Below are positions 1 to 13,882 of a DNA stretch of 64,000 nucleotides, piece by piece. Below the pieces are notes generated by a model. That model was not told the DNA's origin. It saw only the letters and a list, made by a program, of their open reading frames with translations, and searched no databases. Origin of the DNA: Vicugna vicugna (Eukaryota). Position 1 is the first letter of the stretch, and each line of letters starts with the position of its first letter. Made by a program: the position numbers and the translations under genes. The DNA lies in contig MU058103.1 in assembly GCA_013265495.1 (NCBI GenBank), forward strand, positions 1,000,870-1,064,869, in the 5' to 3' direction.

Positions 1-2190
1 TTAGAGAGGACCCTGTACCATTTCTTCTACGTTGAGTATTGATGAGCTCTTAACTTTTTTACATGTCTGAGAAGTTCTTCTCTCTCCTATTCTAAGTGAT
101 ACTCTTGCCAGGTGGAGCATCCTACATGCAGGCTTCTTCTTTTCAGCACTGATTATATCACGCCACTCACATCTAGCCTGCAAAATTCCTGCAGAAAAAT
201 CAGCCGAAAGCCTTATGGCAGTTTCCTTGTATATAACTTTTTTTTTTTTAAACATTGCTGCTTTTGGAATTATCTGTAAGTTTTGCTGCTTTAATTATGA
301 CATATCTTGGTGTAGAACTCTTTGGGTTCATCTTGTTTGGGTTCATCTCTGTGTTTCCTCTACCTGGATATCTGTTTCCTTCATCAGGTTAGAGAAGTTT
401 TCAACCATATGTTCATCAAATACTTTTTTGACCCCATTCTTGCTCTCTTCTCCTCCTGAGACCTCCAAAATGTCAACGTTGCTTCGTATTATGCCGGAGA
501 TCTATTCAACTGTTCACTTTTTAAAAATTTTTTTTTTCTTTTTTCTGTTCTGATTAATTTCCATTATTCTGTCTTCCAGATCACTTCTGTGTTTTTCTCT
601 ATCACCTGCTTTGCTGTTAATTCCTTCTAGTTTATTTTTATTTCAGTGGTTGTATTCTTCTGTTCTCACTTAAAAAAAAACTATTTTCTAGCTCCTTGTT
701 AACATTCTCACTGTGTTCATTTATTCCTATTTCAGTTAGCATTCTTATTACTACTGCTTTGAATTCTTCATCTGGTAAATTCTTTATTTCATTATTTGTG
801 TTTTCAAGGTTTTTCTCTTTGCTATTTCGATTGAGGCTAATTCCTTTGTCTTCTCACTTTGCTTGATTTCCTTTATGTTTATGAAATTAGGTGAAACAGT
901 TGACTATTGCACCCTTGAAAAGTGCCCTTATATGAGAGTGCCCATCTACCATCCGTATGTGTCCAGTGGTTTTGGTGGGAGAGTTGGATTTGATGTGTAC
1001 TGAAGTCACATTTTCCCTTGGAGTGTGCTGGCAGTTAGGTGTTAGGTGTTAGGGCTGGAGATGGAGAGTTAGGACTAGAGCCAGGTGTGAGCCAGGGCTT
1101 CCCATCTGCTCAATGGCCATCACTTCCCTGTTGGGGCAGGGTCATGCCCCAAGTTGCTGGAGAAGAAATGCTGAAGTTTGAGTTTGAGCCGGCTCTGTTC
1201 CTTTTGAGTGTGAGTGAACCTTCCTACAAGCCCTGGCGCACTTGTCTCAGTGGAGAGCAGTGTTGGAGCAATGTGGGCTGTGAGGGTTCTCAGCACGTGA
1301 CAGGGTGAGGGTTGCCGTGGCCCAGCCACAGAGCTCAGGGTTGCTTCTGACTTGTGGCTTGTGCACAGGCCCCTACCCCATTCAGATGCCGCTTTAGGTC
1401 TGCGTCTCCCCTCTCCCTTACCGCCAGTCTCTCCTCTTAGCCTCTGCCATTTCCCGCCTGATTTGGAGCTGCACCACAGAGCGGGTAGGGCTGTGTGTGC
1501 TCTCTGCATGTGTCAGGGAGTGGGCTCTGGTGGTTTGGCTGCAGACAGGTCAGGGGTACTTCTAATGTGCTGCCTGTTTAAGTGCCAGAAATGGCTGTCC
1601 CTGCCTTGCTCCAAATCCATTTCAGATCTCAGCCACTTCTGTATCTCAGAGCCAAGTCTTTCCTCAGTCACGGTAGCCCTCGCTCCAGTGTGGAGAAGCG
1701 ACGTGAAGTCAGCAGGGCTGAAGCGCTGGCTGGGCTCAGGCTAGGCATATGCCTGGGCCGTCACAGGAAACCATTCACCTGCTCAGTTTCACTGCCCTCT
1801 CTTCCCTACTTTGTGAGCCATCAAACATGTGCGCACTCCTACTGAGCAGAGTCCAAGCTTCCCACAGTCCATCTGTTCGTCCCACTGACCGCCCCCCAGC
1901 CAATGGGCTCATCTTCTCTGTGTTGGATGCCAGAACTGAGGTGCCCTATATGTGGCTCAAACTGCTCACTCCCCAGGAAGTGTCTCCCCCCACGGGCATA
2001 GGTCCTGACTTGATCTCTTCCCTTAATATCTGATTCCGTTTGAATCTTTGAGCCTTGGTTATGCAGGATTCTTTCTGCCAGTTTCCAGTCAGTTTCCAGT
2101 GAATATTGTTCCTCATATAGATGTATATTTGATGTGTTCATGGGTTAAGATGAGTTCCATATCCTCCTACTCCACCATCTTAGTCTCGTC
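1..2190 (-). mobile_element. L1 5' portion (5'UTR plus decayed ORF1), continuing beyond the left edge
   Basis: ORF 1..255(-) contains AIRLSADFSAGILQARCEW, typical of the L1 ORF1p C-terminal domain. The minus strand near 2190 starts ...AAGATGGTGGAGTAGGAGG..., a YY1-like L1 5' end. Confidence 0.9.
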
Positions 2191-2744
2191 CTGCAGTGAC
2201 TTTTGAACAGTCTTTTATACATCTCATGGTCTTCTTGAAACAGACACCTGTTGAATCTTGCCAGAGAAATATATTTAAAATTAAAAATGAATATGCATTC
2301 CTCCACTCAAAATTTCACTGATTTCAGGGCTATTTTTGATCCTGTCCCTTCTGGCCTCTCTAGTCTCCTTGCTTGCATGTTTTGTAACGCTGATCCAAAC
2401 TCATTGAATGATGTGTATTTCTCCAATGTGTCTTCCTCTTTCAAACTTCGGTGTTACGCATGGTTTATTTTGGTTGTATTTTCTCCTCTCCTTATCTCCA
2501 TAACCTCCTGTAAAGTTCACCCTTTTGTGGACTCACACTTACTGTAAAAAGCCTGTTCTTCCTCCTGGAGCTCTTCCTGCACCATTTATGGATCAACCTG
2601 ACATTGAACTTGACAGCCCACTTCATTACACTCTCACCTTTTAATGCAGGGGCTGTCTTTACTAGATTTTATATTGCCAGTGACTAGCACAGTACTTGGT
2701 TTTACTGAGTTCTCACTCTCTCTTATTTCCCCCTTTCTTCTCTT

Positions 2745-2762
2745 TGTGTGTGTGTGTGTGTG
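2745..2762. repeat. (TG)9 microsatellite
   Basis: Direct reading. Confidence 0.95.
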
Positions 2763-3529
2763 TATGTAAACGTGTATACACACATATATTTTCTTTTAAT
2801 AAAGAAACGAGTTGTTCAATGCCATGCAGACCTTTTTTTTCACTCCTCTAACAGTCACCATACTCCAGGGTAAATACCACATAATGTAAACAAATTAGAG
2901 CAGTTCTCACCTTACTATTTAGTTTGTGGACACATATTCCCAGGGAATAGGCAGACACGGGAACAGACGTTTTCTCTAAATAGTACGATATGCATTCAGA
3001 GCTGAAAAATCAATACACCATTTACTGAGAGAGAGTTAGCTTGGCCTGTTTTGTGCGCTGTATTACAAATGACTTTACACAAATATGATTGAGCCCAACC
3101 TTCTGATTTGTAAATATTGTTCAACAAAGTTATTTCTCATCCATACTAAGAAATGGAACCTCAATAAACAGCATGGATCTTGAGATTTAGTTCAAGAAAG
3201 GATCTTTAATAAAATGCCTTCATTTAGATTCTTGGGAATTTCAGGCAGTCATCCATGCATTGAAGGTGAACCTAGGCTAAAATGTTTAAATGAATAACTA
3301 TTGCTAGAAATGCCATTGAAAACAAATAGGTTCAAATTCTTTGTAAGAGTTTTCTATTATAGTTCTTAATTTTGGTTGTAGCAGGCTATTATGACTACAG
3401 TTTTTAAACAAGGTATGGAATAATACAAAATAATCCCATAAATTAGTCTTTACCTATAGAATATAAATAATTCAAAATAATTTTCAAAACTAACTTCCCT
3501 AATGACATTTTACTTTTTAAATTTTAACA

Positions 3530-3972
3530 TTTTTTATTTTAATTTTTAATTGAAGTATAGTTGATTTACAATGTTAGATTCAGTTGTACAGCAAAGTGAT
3601 TCAGTTATACATACATACACATACATATATATTTTTTCTTTTCAGATTGTTTTCCATTATATGTTATTACAAGTAATTGAATATAGTTCCCTGTGCTATA
3701 CAGTAAGGTCCTTGTTGTTTATCTATTTTGTAAATAGAATATATGTCTGTTAATCCCCAACTCCTTATTTATTTCTCCCCACCCTTTCCCCTTTGGTAAC
3801 CGTAATTTGTTTTCGATGTTCATGAGTCTGTTTTTAGTTTGTGAATAGAATTTGTATCATGTTTTTTTTTTTCTTAGGTTTCACATATAAGTGATATATG
3901 ATACTTGTCTTTCATTCTTTTTTATGGATGAGTAGTATTCCATTGTGCATATGTGTGTGTGTGTGTGTGTGT
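3530..3972 (-). mobile_element. 5'-truncated lineage L1 3'UTR fragment, ending at a (TG)n run
   Basis: T-rich tail then TTGAAGTATAGTTGATTTACAATG...ATAGTTCCCTGTGCTATACAG, shared with the copies at ~16340, ~45360 and ~62630. Confidence 0.88.
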
Positions 3973-4339
3973 ATGACACCTAATGATATTTTAATCTTAA
4001 AAACATCAATGATAACCAAGGAAGCTTTACAATACGCACAAAGGTATGTGTGTGGATGTGTGTGTTGTGTCAGTAGTTACCTCTTCATCATGCTATGGCT
4101 CACGTAATAGTTTTGTACTGTTCCTTCCAGCCTTTGCCTGCAAGCATGCTTTTAAGCATACTTACACTCTTACTGCCTATGCAATTTGGGACTATGAGGT
4201 TTTTAGATTCTTTTCACATTAAAGTTATGTTATAGATCCAGAAGAATTTCTCTGTTATTCTATGAGTACCTTAATAAATAGAACATTAACAGTACTATTG
4301 AACTTTACTTCTGAATTATCTTTCAGAAGTAATTAAGCT

Positions 4340-7300
4340 TCTGATTTAGATTTACTTACTACATTTGTGTGCCTTTTTTAGGAAATTTATATAAATGTGT
4401 CATACTGAACATATTTTTCTCTACTTGTTTTTTCATTTAGCGTTAGCTTTATGAGATTCATACATGGTGAAGCATGTTTATTCATTGTTAGCTCTGTACA
4501 GTATACATGAAGCTTCAAATTTACAGGAAAATGGAAAACTATTTTCTAAAATAGTTATACCAAATACACCTCTGTTAGCATAACATAACTTAGTGTGTCT
4601 GGGTAATTGTGCTAATGCTGACTCTTATCAGACATACTAAATGAAAATAATTAGTATCTACTTGTGGTTTTGATTTTTATTTTCTTTTTTACTAATGAAG
4701 GTGAATACTTTTTTGTATGTAGTGATTATTCTAGTTTCTTATTTTGTAAAATACCTGTTTATCTCTTTTGCTCTTGCTTCTATGCTTTGGCTGCCTTTTT
4801 CTGACAGTGCTAGTGGTGCTTTATGTTTTATGATTAATCCCTTAATCTTTTCAGGTTTAAGGCTTTCATTTGCACTCTTTCTATGATAACTTTTGCACAC
4901 ATTTTTAATTTTAAATAGTTGAATTTATTATTTTTTCTTACAAATCTTGTTCTATATGCCTTTTCTTAATAAGTACTTTTTTACACTGAGGAGGAAAACG
5001 TAGTCACCCATATTTTCTTTAATACTATTAAAAGTTTTCTTTTCAAATTTTAATTTTATAATCTGTCTGGAATTACTTGTTTGTATGATGTGTGATATGG
5101 ATTACATTTTTTCACTGTAACCAGTTTGACTTGAAATACTCCTGCATTTCCTAAATAATGTATTACTTTCTCAAATAACCTATCCTGTCATTTCTATTAT
5201 ATATAAAGTCTCCCGTATATTCATGGGTTTATTTTTTGGGTTATCTATTATGTTTTATTATTTCTCTCTTTCTACATCAGATCCTCTAACAATCCATCCA
5301 TGTATCAATTATCAAGGTTTTAGAATAAGTCTTGATACATGAATGGGGAATATCCTTCTATCTTATTTTGTTTCAGAGGTGGGCAGGTCATTCTAGGCCT
5401 CTGCTAATTCATATAAATTAATGTAATCAATTTGGGCATCATGAACTAAAGTCTATATGGTTTTTATTTGGGATTATATTTTATCCATTGATTTATTGGT
5501 GGAGAACTGGTGTCTTATATTACTGAGATTTCTCCATGAATAAGTCACACCTCTGCATTTATTTAGATATTTTGCAGTCTGCTTTTATTTCCATTGAAGT
5601 ATAACTGACATACAATAAATTGCACATATCTAAAGAGTGCAGTTTGATAGAACTGGACATAACATATACACCAGGAACCACTACCACAACTAAAATGATG
5701 ACCACATCCATCATCTGCAAGGGTTTCCTCCTGCCACTTATCCCCCTTCCCATCTTCAATATGTTTTTAATTTTCTCCATGTACATCCCACGCTGTTACT
5801 GTAAAATGTTTTAGTGTTTTCTTGGTTTGCTTCTTATTAACTCTGTAATTTAGATATGCTAGTGCTTGTTATCATCATCATTATTATTAAAATGTTTACC
5901 ACTGTTTAGATTTTACCTTCATGTCTATTTCATGTCTCTTTTGTTTTTCTTTTTCCTCTCCGTTACCTTCTTTTATAATAGCCCTTCCCTTTGGAATTAC
6001 TTTAATTCTTCCCTAAGTACATCCTGTTGGAGATTTCTTTAGTGAAATCATGTTGGTTTTGTCTGAAAATATTTTTATTTCATCTTTGTCCTTAAAGATA
6101 GTTTTTGCTGAGTGTTCAATTCTTATTTAATATCTATTTCTCTTACCTTGTTCAACATATTGTTCGTATTTCTTGTGATTTTAATTGTTGCTGTGGAGAC
6201 GTCTACTCTCCAATTGTTTTCCATTTAGGCAACCTGTCTTCTCTCTTTTTGCTTCTATCTTATTTGTCATTAGTGGTCCACAGTTTTATTCTGACATGTA
6301 TAGATGTGAATTGCATTTTACTTACTCTGTTTGAGATAGTGTTTATTGACTCTAATAATGTGTGTCTTTTCATAAATTCTGTAATGTTTTCAGCTTTTGA
6401 TTCTATAAATATTTCTTCTGTGTATTTTCTATTACATTCCTCTAGAATACCAATTAATGTGTAGCTTTTAATTCTATGCTTATATACTCCATAATGACTT
6501 TTTTTAAAAAAAGTTCTATCTCTCTAACTCCTTGGACTGCATTTTTCAAATTTTTTATAGTCTACTTTTCAGTTTGTTAACATTCTCTTCAGCTATGTTT
6601 AATCCACTGTTTAATTCCCTCAGTATTTTAAAATTCAGTGTATATAATTAAATCTAAGCTTTATTTGTTTCTTTTATAAAATTAGCCAATCTATTTTAAC
6701 AGTCACTGTCTCTTTCTTTGAATCCATATTTTATATGTTTTAATGTTTTATTAGATATTTTATTTTCTATATCTGATACTTCTAATATCTGAAGTCCTTA
6801 GGGTCCAAACATATTGCTGAGTGTTTCCACTCATAGTTGTTTACAAAGGCTTTTCATTTTCTCGTGTATTTAGTGATTTAATATTTTGAGCTCATCTTTG
6901 ACCTAATATGTACAAGTCCTAAGGGTCCTCACATACGATTTCTTTCCTTCAAAGAGAATTTACATTAGTTTTTGCTATGATGCATAAATTATAAGTAACT
7001 CCCAGAACACCGCCATTTAATTTCCTCACTTGGTCTCCCTCAGACCATGCAGCTGTTGGAAATCCGACCCCAAGCCCCATCACAGTTAAGCCTGCAGATG
7101 CAGGCTCTCCGAGGACTGTGCTAATGTGGGTGTTCTTGTTACTATTTCCTACTTAGTGCTAAGACATTACAGACACCGTTTGGCTACAGCATTCACAATA
7201 GATGGTTTTTCCTCCTGGCATATTGTTTAGCTTTTATGGGTCTGATTTATGGCTGGGTGGGGGTAGGATGTGGATTTACGCCCCTTTCCTTGCTGCCATC

Positions 7301-7550
7301 GTCAAAGCTCAGGGGCCTACTCCTTCACTTCCAGGGTGGCATCTGTTCACAGCAGCTCGAATGTTCTGGTATTGACATATGACTCAGGACAGCCTACGCT
7401 GTGAAATTTGCTTACTCGGTTCCTTTCAGCTGCTCCTCTTCCTTTTCTTTTCTTACCTTTTTGTTTCTCTCTCGATCTTGGAGGCTTTTCTTACTATTTT
7501 TTCTGAGTTCAACAGAAAATATCATTAACAGTCTGTTTAAATATCTGACA
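4340..7550 (-). mobile_element. Cluster of old L1M fragments, including a separate L1 3' end at ~5560-5760
   Basis: T-rich degenerate L1 motifs, and TTGAAGTATAACTGACATACAATAAATTGCACATAT as a 3'-end signature. Boundaries are approximate. Confidence 0.65.
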
Positions 7551-8658
7551 TCTAGATGTTCTAAAACCAAAGGGCTTTTCAAAAAGTACTTTTCAAAAGT
7601 ACTGGCTAGACATACATAGACATTTTCAAATTATTAATATGAAACTATTAATATGTTACATTTTCTAATTATTATATTTAATAGCTTAAAATAAATATTC
7701 AGTTGACCAAGTTATTTTCAAATACCTATTAATAGATTTAATATCTGTCTTGTGTGTAATAAAATTGCTGTTACTGATGCATTTTCCATTTTATCATAAT
7801 TTCATCTGATAGGTCTTATCCTATTTTACCTCCTTTTTATGCTTCCTAGTGCAACATTAATTTCTGTCAACTTTGGGAATATTGTGATTCACTTTAAAAT
7901 TTCTCCTTTGTATTCATAGTGTTTAATTATCAAGGATCGTTTCCTGGTCATTGTCTTTACGTACTAATGAGTGAGGTGGAAGCATGAAGAAATGTTAATC
8001 TAATAGCTCCATCATGCTTTTTTATGAACCTGCTCCTTGGATTTGGTTTTTATCAAATATAGTATTCACTCTATCGTATCATTGTCATTTAAGAAACTTA
8101 CATATTCTTTAATCTACTTATTTCATCTTCATCTACTTACTACTTATCTACACATTTCAATCCACTTAATTCAGCCAGCAGTATCACTGAACATACCAGT
8201 AGCCTAACACCTTACTGAGCCAGCTGCGTGCCTTCACAGCCACCACTTGCTTTGCACTGGTGGCCAGGAAGGCTTCCACAACACATCATGGCATGGGTTG
8301 AGGAATGGGCATTATTCACTTAAAAAACAAGGTTCACCAAGAAGTTAAGACATGGGTTCCCAAATCTGTCTTTATCCTCATGAAATGATACACTAGAATC
8401 AAAGGCCCGTCCTAGACATACTACATGTATACCTTCCAGGACAGGGACCTAGATCCCCTCAACTATTTTTTTTCTTTTTTTACTATATGAGAAAATGGCC
8501 TCATCAGTGGGTGAATAAAAACAATACTAGGGCACCAGGTAGTCTGAGTTAATATACCATCTCTTTGAAGATTTGCCTGGAAATGCCAGCTGCCCCGTTG
8601 TGGGAATGTCATAAACCCTCCTACCAGAGAAAGGAAGCCACTGGTCTTTCACAGGTAG

Positions 8659-8742
8659 GTGTTATATACTTCGGATGTGATATTTCACAACTTACCACTA
8701 AAAGGAACAGTGGTAAAATATCACATCCTAAGTATATAATAC
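8659..8742. repeat. Long imperfect inverted repeat (hairpin)
   Basis: TTATATACTTcGGATGTGATATT...TTACCACT pairs with AGTGGTAAAATATCACATCCtAAGTATATAA across a 9-nt loop. Confidence 0.85.
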
Positions 8743-9839
8743 AAAAACTTTGGGGGAAAATTGAACTAATATTCGTTAACACCTGTCACAAACTAGACAT
8801 CTAAAATACTCCATCTCATTTAATATTCGCATTACTCCTATGAAAGATTAATGGCTTCCTTATATTAAGGTGACACGCATTTTCCAAATGAGAGTTAAAA
8901 TTTCCAAAAAGTGTCATTTAGAAAATGTGTATCGACTTAATATGATTCACCTCTGTTCAACATTTTGCGTATTTCAAATAACTTCATAGGAGCTGTCTCT
9001 CTCATTTGATGTCACCACGACTGTCTAAGGGGTTGTGTATTTTCTCCACTAGGCAGAGATGAAAAAATAAAAGCTGAAGAAACAAAATACTTCCAAGCTA
9101 AGTGAGCAAGGGCTAAACTATATATAATGCCTGTGATGAGGAAGAATTACTTTTATTTTTAATATTTGGGGGAAACAGATTGACAGTCATGAAAGAGGAA
9201 ATGGCTCTCTTATTCATATGTCACGGTGGTAGGATGTGCTTCAAGGCTATTTCTTTTTCCCTTAAGTCTGGCAAAGCTTCTCTTTATATATCCCTAAATT
9301 CTTGTCAAATTTCTGGAAATATGTGTGCCATATCCCACATAGACAGCCCAATTCCCATCATAAAGTCTCTGTAAACTGTTCATTGTCTTGGAATTTTAAA
9401 GGAATGTACATCAAAACTGTTCACTGTTTGCCATACTCTAGGCCACAGCCTGATGGAAATTGTAGAGCAAATGGATACTTTATGTAAGAATTGATTCCCC
9501 AAGAGGCTCTCAGCATTAACCTTGTATAAAGTCAGACCACAAGATGGTTGCATATCAGGGTCACATGATCCTCTGCATCCCCACAAAATTGCCTTAAACA
9601 ACTTCATTTGCCACTATACCCTTGTGTTTTACTATGGGCCTTTGATTTAAGAACGAGTGATATAGAAAGGCCTTCACCTTTCTTGTAAAACTGTCAACCA
9701 GGACATTGGCCATTACTCTGCTGAGTACTGTTCATGCGACAACCCTCTCGGCCAATGTGTTTAGGGCTCCAAGCCAGGAAAAGGTTGCTCTTTTCTGATA
9801 AAAGGGTCTCTCTCCCTTGATTAGACAGTTAAAGCAATG

Positions 9840-10710
9840 TGTGTGATAGAAAAAATATATATATTGACTTGGAAATTGATGTGTATGCATTTTCATTCTA
9901 GCTCTCTATGACCTTAACCTAATTATTAACCCTTCCTAAGCCTCAGCTTCCTCTTCTGTAAAATGCAGGTTATCAGCCTTAAATTGCAGGATTATTCTGA
10001 GGAATAAACATCACATGGGGTAACCACAGAGGTTTGCAACAGTTGTTAGCTTTACTAAGTCTCTGCTATGTGTAGGGCACTGCGCTAGTTCCCCAGTGTA
10101 TATGATCTCTAAACTTTTCAATAACACAAAGGAGTTTCATTGTCTATACTTTATGGATGACTCAACTGCGATTCAGAGAGTAGAAGTAATCTCTCTGAAG
10201 TCACACAGCTAGTTGGCAGCTGAGCTAAGATTCAAAGAGAGGACTAATTGATTCCTACATTGTCCACTTATCATATCCTTGGACCTTTTTGCATTTTTTC
10301 TCTGTCCTGCCTGCTGTGAAATTTGCAGTTGAGTTATATATTCAGGAACTGAAATTTTTCTCAGCCAGATTTTTAGAATCCATTGCCACTCCTCTCCACT
10401 ATCCTGTCATACCTTGTGCATCTTTAGGAGGTGTGGGTCAGGAGAGGGCTTTTAGAGAAAAAGAAAACAAAACAAAAACAAGTCATAGTGCTTCCGGAAG
10501 AGTTTGGAGTAGGAAGTGAGACTAACAGGGATTTAAACCCCAGCTCCACCACATTGCATTTGTGGGGGCAAAGATGTTTCAGTTTTCTGTGACTCAGTTT
10601 CTCATATGTAAATACCATCCACCTCACAGATGAGGACAAAAGTGATGAAGTGTGTAGAGGGCCAGTGATATCATACGTGGAATAAGCATGCAGTAAATGC
10701 TAGCAAGTAG
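9840..10710. mobile_element. Cluster of about three MIR fragments
   Basis: MIR core-like CCTCAGCTTCCTCTTCTGTAAAATG, CTCAGTTTCTCATATGTAAA and AAGTCACACAGCTAGT. Confidence 0.65.
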
Positions 10711-11929
10711 TATTCTGTTTTCCCGTGTACTTTTGCCACAAACTACCTCCAGTCTTATCTGAAAGTAATTAAGACAGTTTAAAAAATTTTGAATACATGA
10801 ATTATTATGAAACAGGCATCTGATTTGAAAATTGGGGGAATCTGGAAAGTAGCAGGAGCACTTTGAGGCTCTCCTAGAAACTAGAAGACGCTACAGGAAA
10901 CTGATTGCTTGAAATGGTATATTTCAAAGGAAGCAAAGGAAAGCAGCCTTTCCCAAATGTGCTGCCTGGGCGGATGGACAAAATTCTGAAACAGTGGCTG
11001 CCTCTGTGCCACTCGGATCCATCCAGGAAGGTCTCGTGGGTCTGGCAGCCCAAGATTCAACCCACAAGTAGCCCCGTGCTTCCAGATACTTCGGATTCAG
11101 CAAAGGCCACCTTCATCTAACGGAGCTCATCCCTCTCTTGTTCGCACTCTTTAGGCAATAGGATCTGTCTCCAGAGATCTGTGCCTATTTCATGCCAGCA
11201 ACCGGCAGCAAGACTCAACAGAAGAACCCATACTAGTGTGAAAGTGTCCAGGGCTCCAGTTTCTTTTTTTCTCCTAAACCGCAATGTGACAAAGTCACTT
11301 CTGTGCTTCCAGACCTCCCTAGTAAAATGGAGGTCATTTCTCACAGGTTTTTATGGAGATCAAATTAGGTAATGGCTGTGTTATTAAATCTAGTTGATAA
11401 ATAAGTCTTTAGGGTGATCCTTTGCCCCATAGAATTGGAAATTGTCTTTTTGCAAAGAAATGAGATACCATATAGTTCCTGCTTGTACCTTAAAGTCAGA
11501 CCATGTGATGAATATACCAGGTATCTTCTCACTAAATGAAAGGCGAATGTTAAAATGCAAAGAAACAAACATAAGAAGTAACGAGGGTTGTAGTATTGAG
11601 AGCTCCCAAAATAATCGTGTCAGAACTTGCCTCACCTCAGTCTCAGCTTTTTGAATTTGAGGGGCCAAAGGAAGGACCTGGGATAAGTGTTCCTGATTTT
11701 TCAGTTTTATTCAAATATTTAGGTATAAATAATTCAATATTAAAACAAGCAAATATATATTATTCATGAAGTATAACAGAATATTTGTGGGAATTTTTGA
11801 GCTATAACATCAACCTGCAGTCATGGGATTGTGGTGAGCTGTTTTCTGCTACACTTTGGAGTTCTCCTGGGGTTCTTGAGTCAACCTCCTTTGTCTTGAG
11901 GGTTTTCATTGTGAAGACAGTGCATTCAT

Positions 11930-12150
11930 GATATAGACAAGAGAATCAGGTGAGGGGTCATTTTGGCCAGGTTCAAGTCCTGGCTCCACCGCCACTTTTG
12001 ACTTGAAGTAAATGATACAATCTCTCTGTGCCTATTTCCTCAAATGCAAGATCAGGAGAATAATAATTCTCATAGAGAAGTTATGAAGATTTAATTAAAG
12101 TTACAAAGTGCTTGCCACCAGGCCTGCCACACAGTAAAAGTGTGAAAGCT
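11930..12150 (+). mobile_element. MIR
   Basis: GGTTCAAGTCCTGGCTCCACC...CTCTCTGTGCCTATTTCCTC...GCCTGCCACACAGTAA. Confidence 0.65.
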
Positions 12151-12654
12151 TAGTAAATTTTATCTTCATTGTCATTATCAGGGAGAACAATTTTGAGTAG
12201 AAATTCCAACACACTATTGTTCTTTTCCTCCCAATATTCCTGAACTGGAAGATGAAAGTTGATAACAGTCAGAGTGGAGAAGGATCAGAGGGACAGAAGG
12301 AAAGGAACTGATACAGACAAATAAAAAACAAAAAACAAAACCCCAAAACGATGATTGGAGATAGGAAAGTACTAACTTAAAAGCAACGCTTATATTGAAT
12401 CCATTCTCAACTCCTTACTAATTAGGTAAGACTGGATAATTCATTTAAACATTAAGTCTCTGTTTCATCATCACTGAAAAGGGATAATTGTGTATTCCCC
12501 AGGATTCTTCTGAGAGAAGAAATATATATAAGTAGTTAAATACAATGTTAGAAGTAAGGAGGTCTGATAAAAATTGGTTGTGATAATGGCATTTGTTACT
12601 GAGGCTCTGGAGGCTTTTTTAGTGCTGGCCTCTCATTTAAAGAGTCCTCTAAAC

Positions 12655-13380
12655 TAGTGTATTCATTTGTTAAACTAATAAATATTGAGTACCTATCATG
12701 GGTGAGGCGTTTCTAGATACCTGAAATACCAGCAGTGAACCATAACAACCTGGACTCTGCCATCAAAAGTTTATAGTCTGCTAGACTTAAACACATAGAT
12801 AAGTCTTTTAAATTGTGAAACATGGCATGAAAAAGAAGTGTTATACTGAAACTTACCAACAGGGCTTTTATTTAGACTAGATGATTGGAAAAGGCTTCTC
12901 TTTCGAGCTAACCACCACAGAACAGTGAATTTGACAGGTTGGGTTGGGTAGGGAAGGCCTGGGACTGGGGAGAGTTCAGTGCAAAAACAAAGAGATGTAC
13001 CAATGTCCTGAGGCTAGGATGAGTTTGGTTAGCATGAGGAACTGAAAGAAGAACAGTATGAATACAGCATATGGGACAAAGAGGTGGGTGGGAAAGAGAT
13101 GAGGCTGAAGAGGTAGACCAGAACCCTGTCATGCAGTGCTACACCTTAGGCCACTGAGAAAATTTTGGGAACTCAGTTTAAGTGAAAAGAGAAGTTGCTG
13201 ACATGTGTCAAGCAGGGAAGTGGTATGGCTTCTTTTAAATTTTAAAAAGCTTACCCTGGCTTTCAAGTACAGATTATACTGGACAGAGGCAAAAATAAAG
13301 AAAAAAATGGAGACCCATTAGGAAGCTCTCAGAGTGGACAAGACCAGATATGATGGCTTTGATTAGGCCGGCAGTAATGA
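12655..13380 (-). mobile_element. L2 3' fragment
   Basis: ATTCATT...AAATATTGAGTACCTA L2 tail, plus internal L2 motifs (AAGCAGGGAAGTGGTATGG). Confidence 0.7.
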
Positions 13381-13589
13381 AATTGTCTTGCATCTGTTTC
13401 ATAGTTACTCTGATCAACCAGATGAAAACCTATTTTCTAAAAATAGAGTACATAACTGCGTTATGGGATTGTTGTGAAGATTGCGTAAGATGTGTGTATA
13501 TACATGCCAAAGCCCCAGGTATATAGGAAGTCCTTAAAAAAAAACAAAACAGATCCGTGTCTTCACATATACCAGACTGTTGGCTTCTT

Positions 13590-13882
13590 TTATTGATTGA
13601 TTGATTGATTGATTGAATATTTTTATTTTATTGAGATATAGTCATTTTACAATGTTGTGTGAGATTCCAGTGTAAAGCACACTTCTTCAGCCATAAGTGA
13701 ACATACATACACTCATTGTCACATTCTCTTTCGCCATGAGCCCCCAAAAGATCCTGTATATATTTCCCTGCGCTACACAGTACAATCTTGCCCATTTATT
13801 CTACATTTGAAATCCCCGTCTGTCCCTTCCCACCCCCCATCCCCCCAGCAACCACAAGTCTGTATTGTATGTCTATAAGCCG
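13590..13882 (-). mobile_element. Young 5'-truncated L1 3' end with a 15-bp TSD and a (TTGA)n tail
   Basis: GACTGTTGGCTTCTT at both 13575-13589 and 13883-13897. Same family as 34755-34989. Confidence 0.9.

Noticed and set aside
1039..2141. Cluster of overlapping ORFs in GC-richer sequence
   Set aside because: All lie within the L1 5'UTR, where higher GC lowers stop-codon frequency
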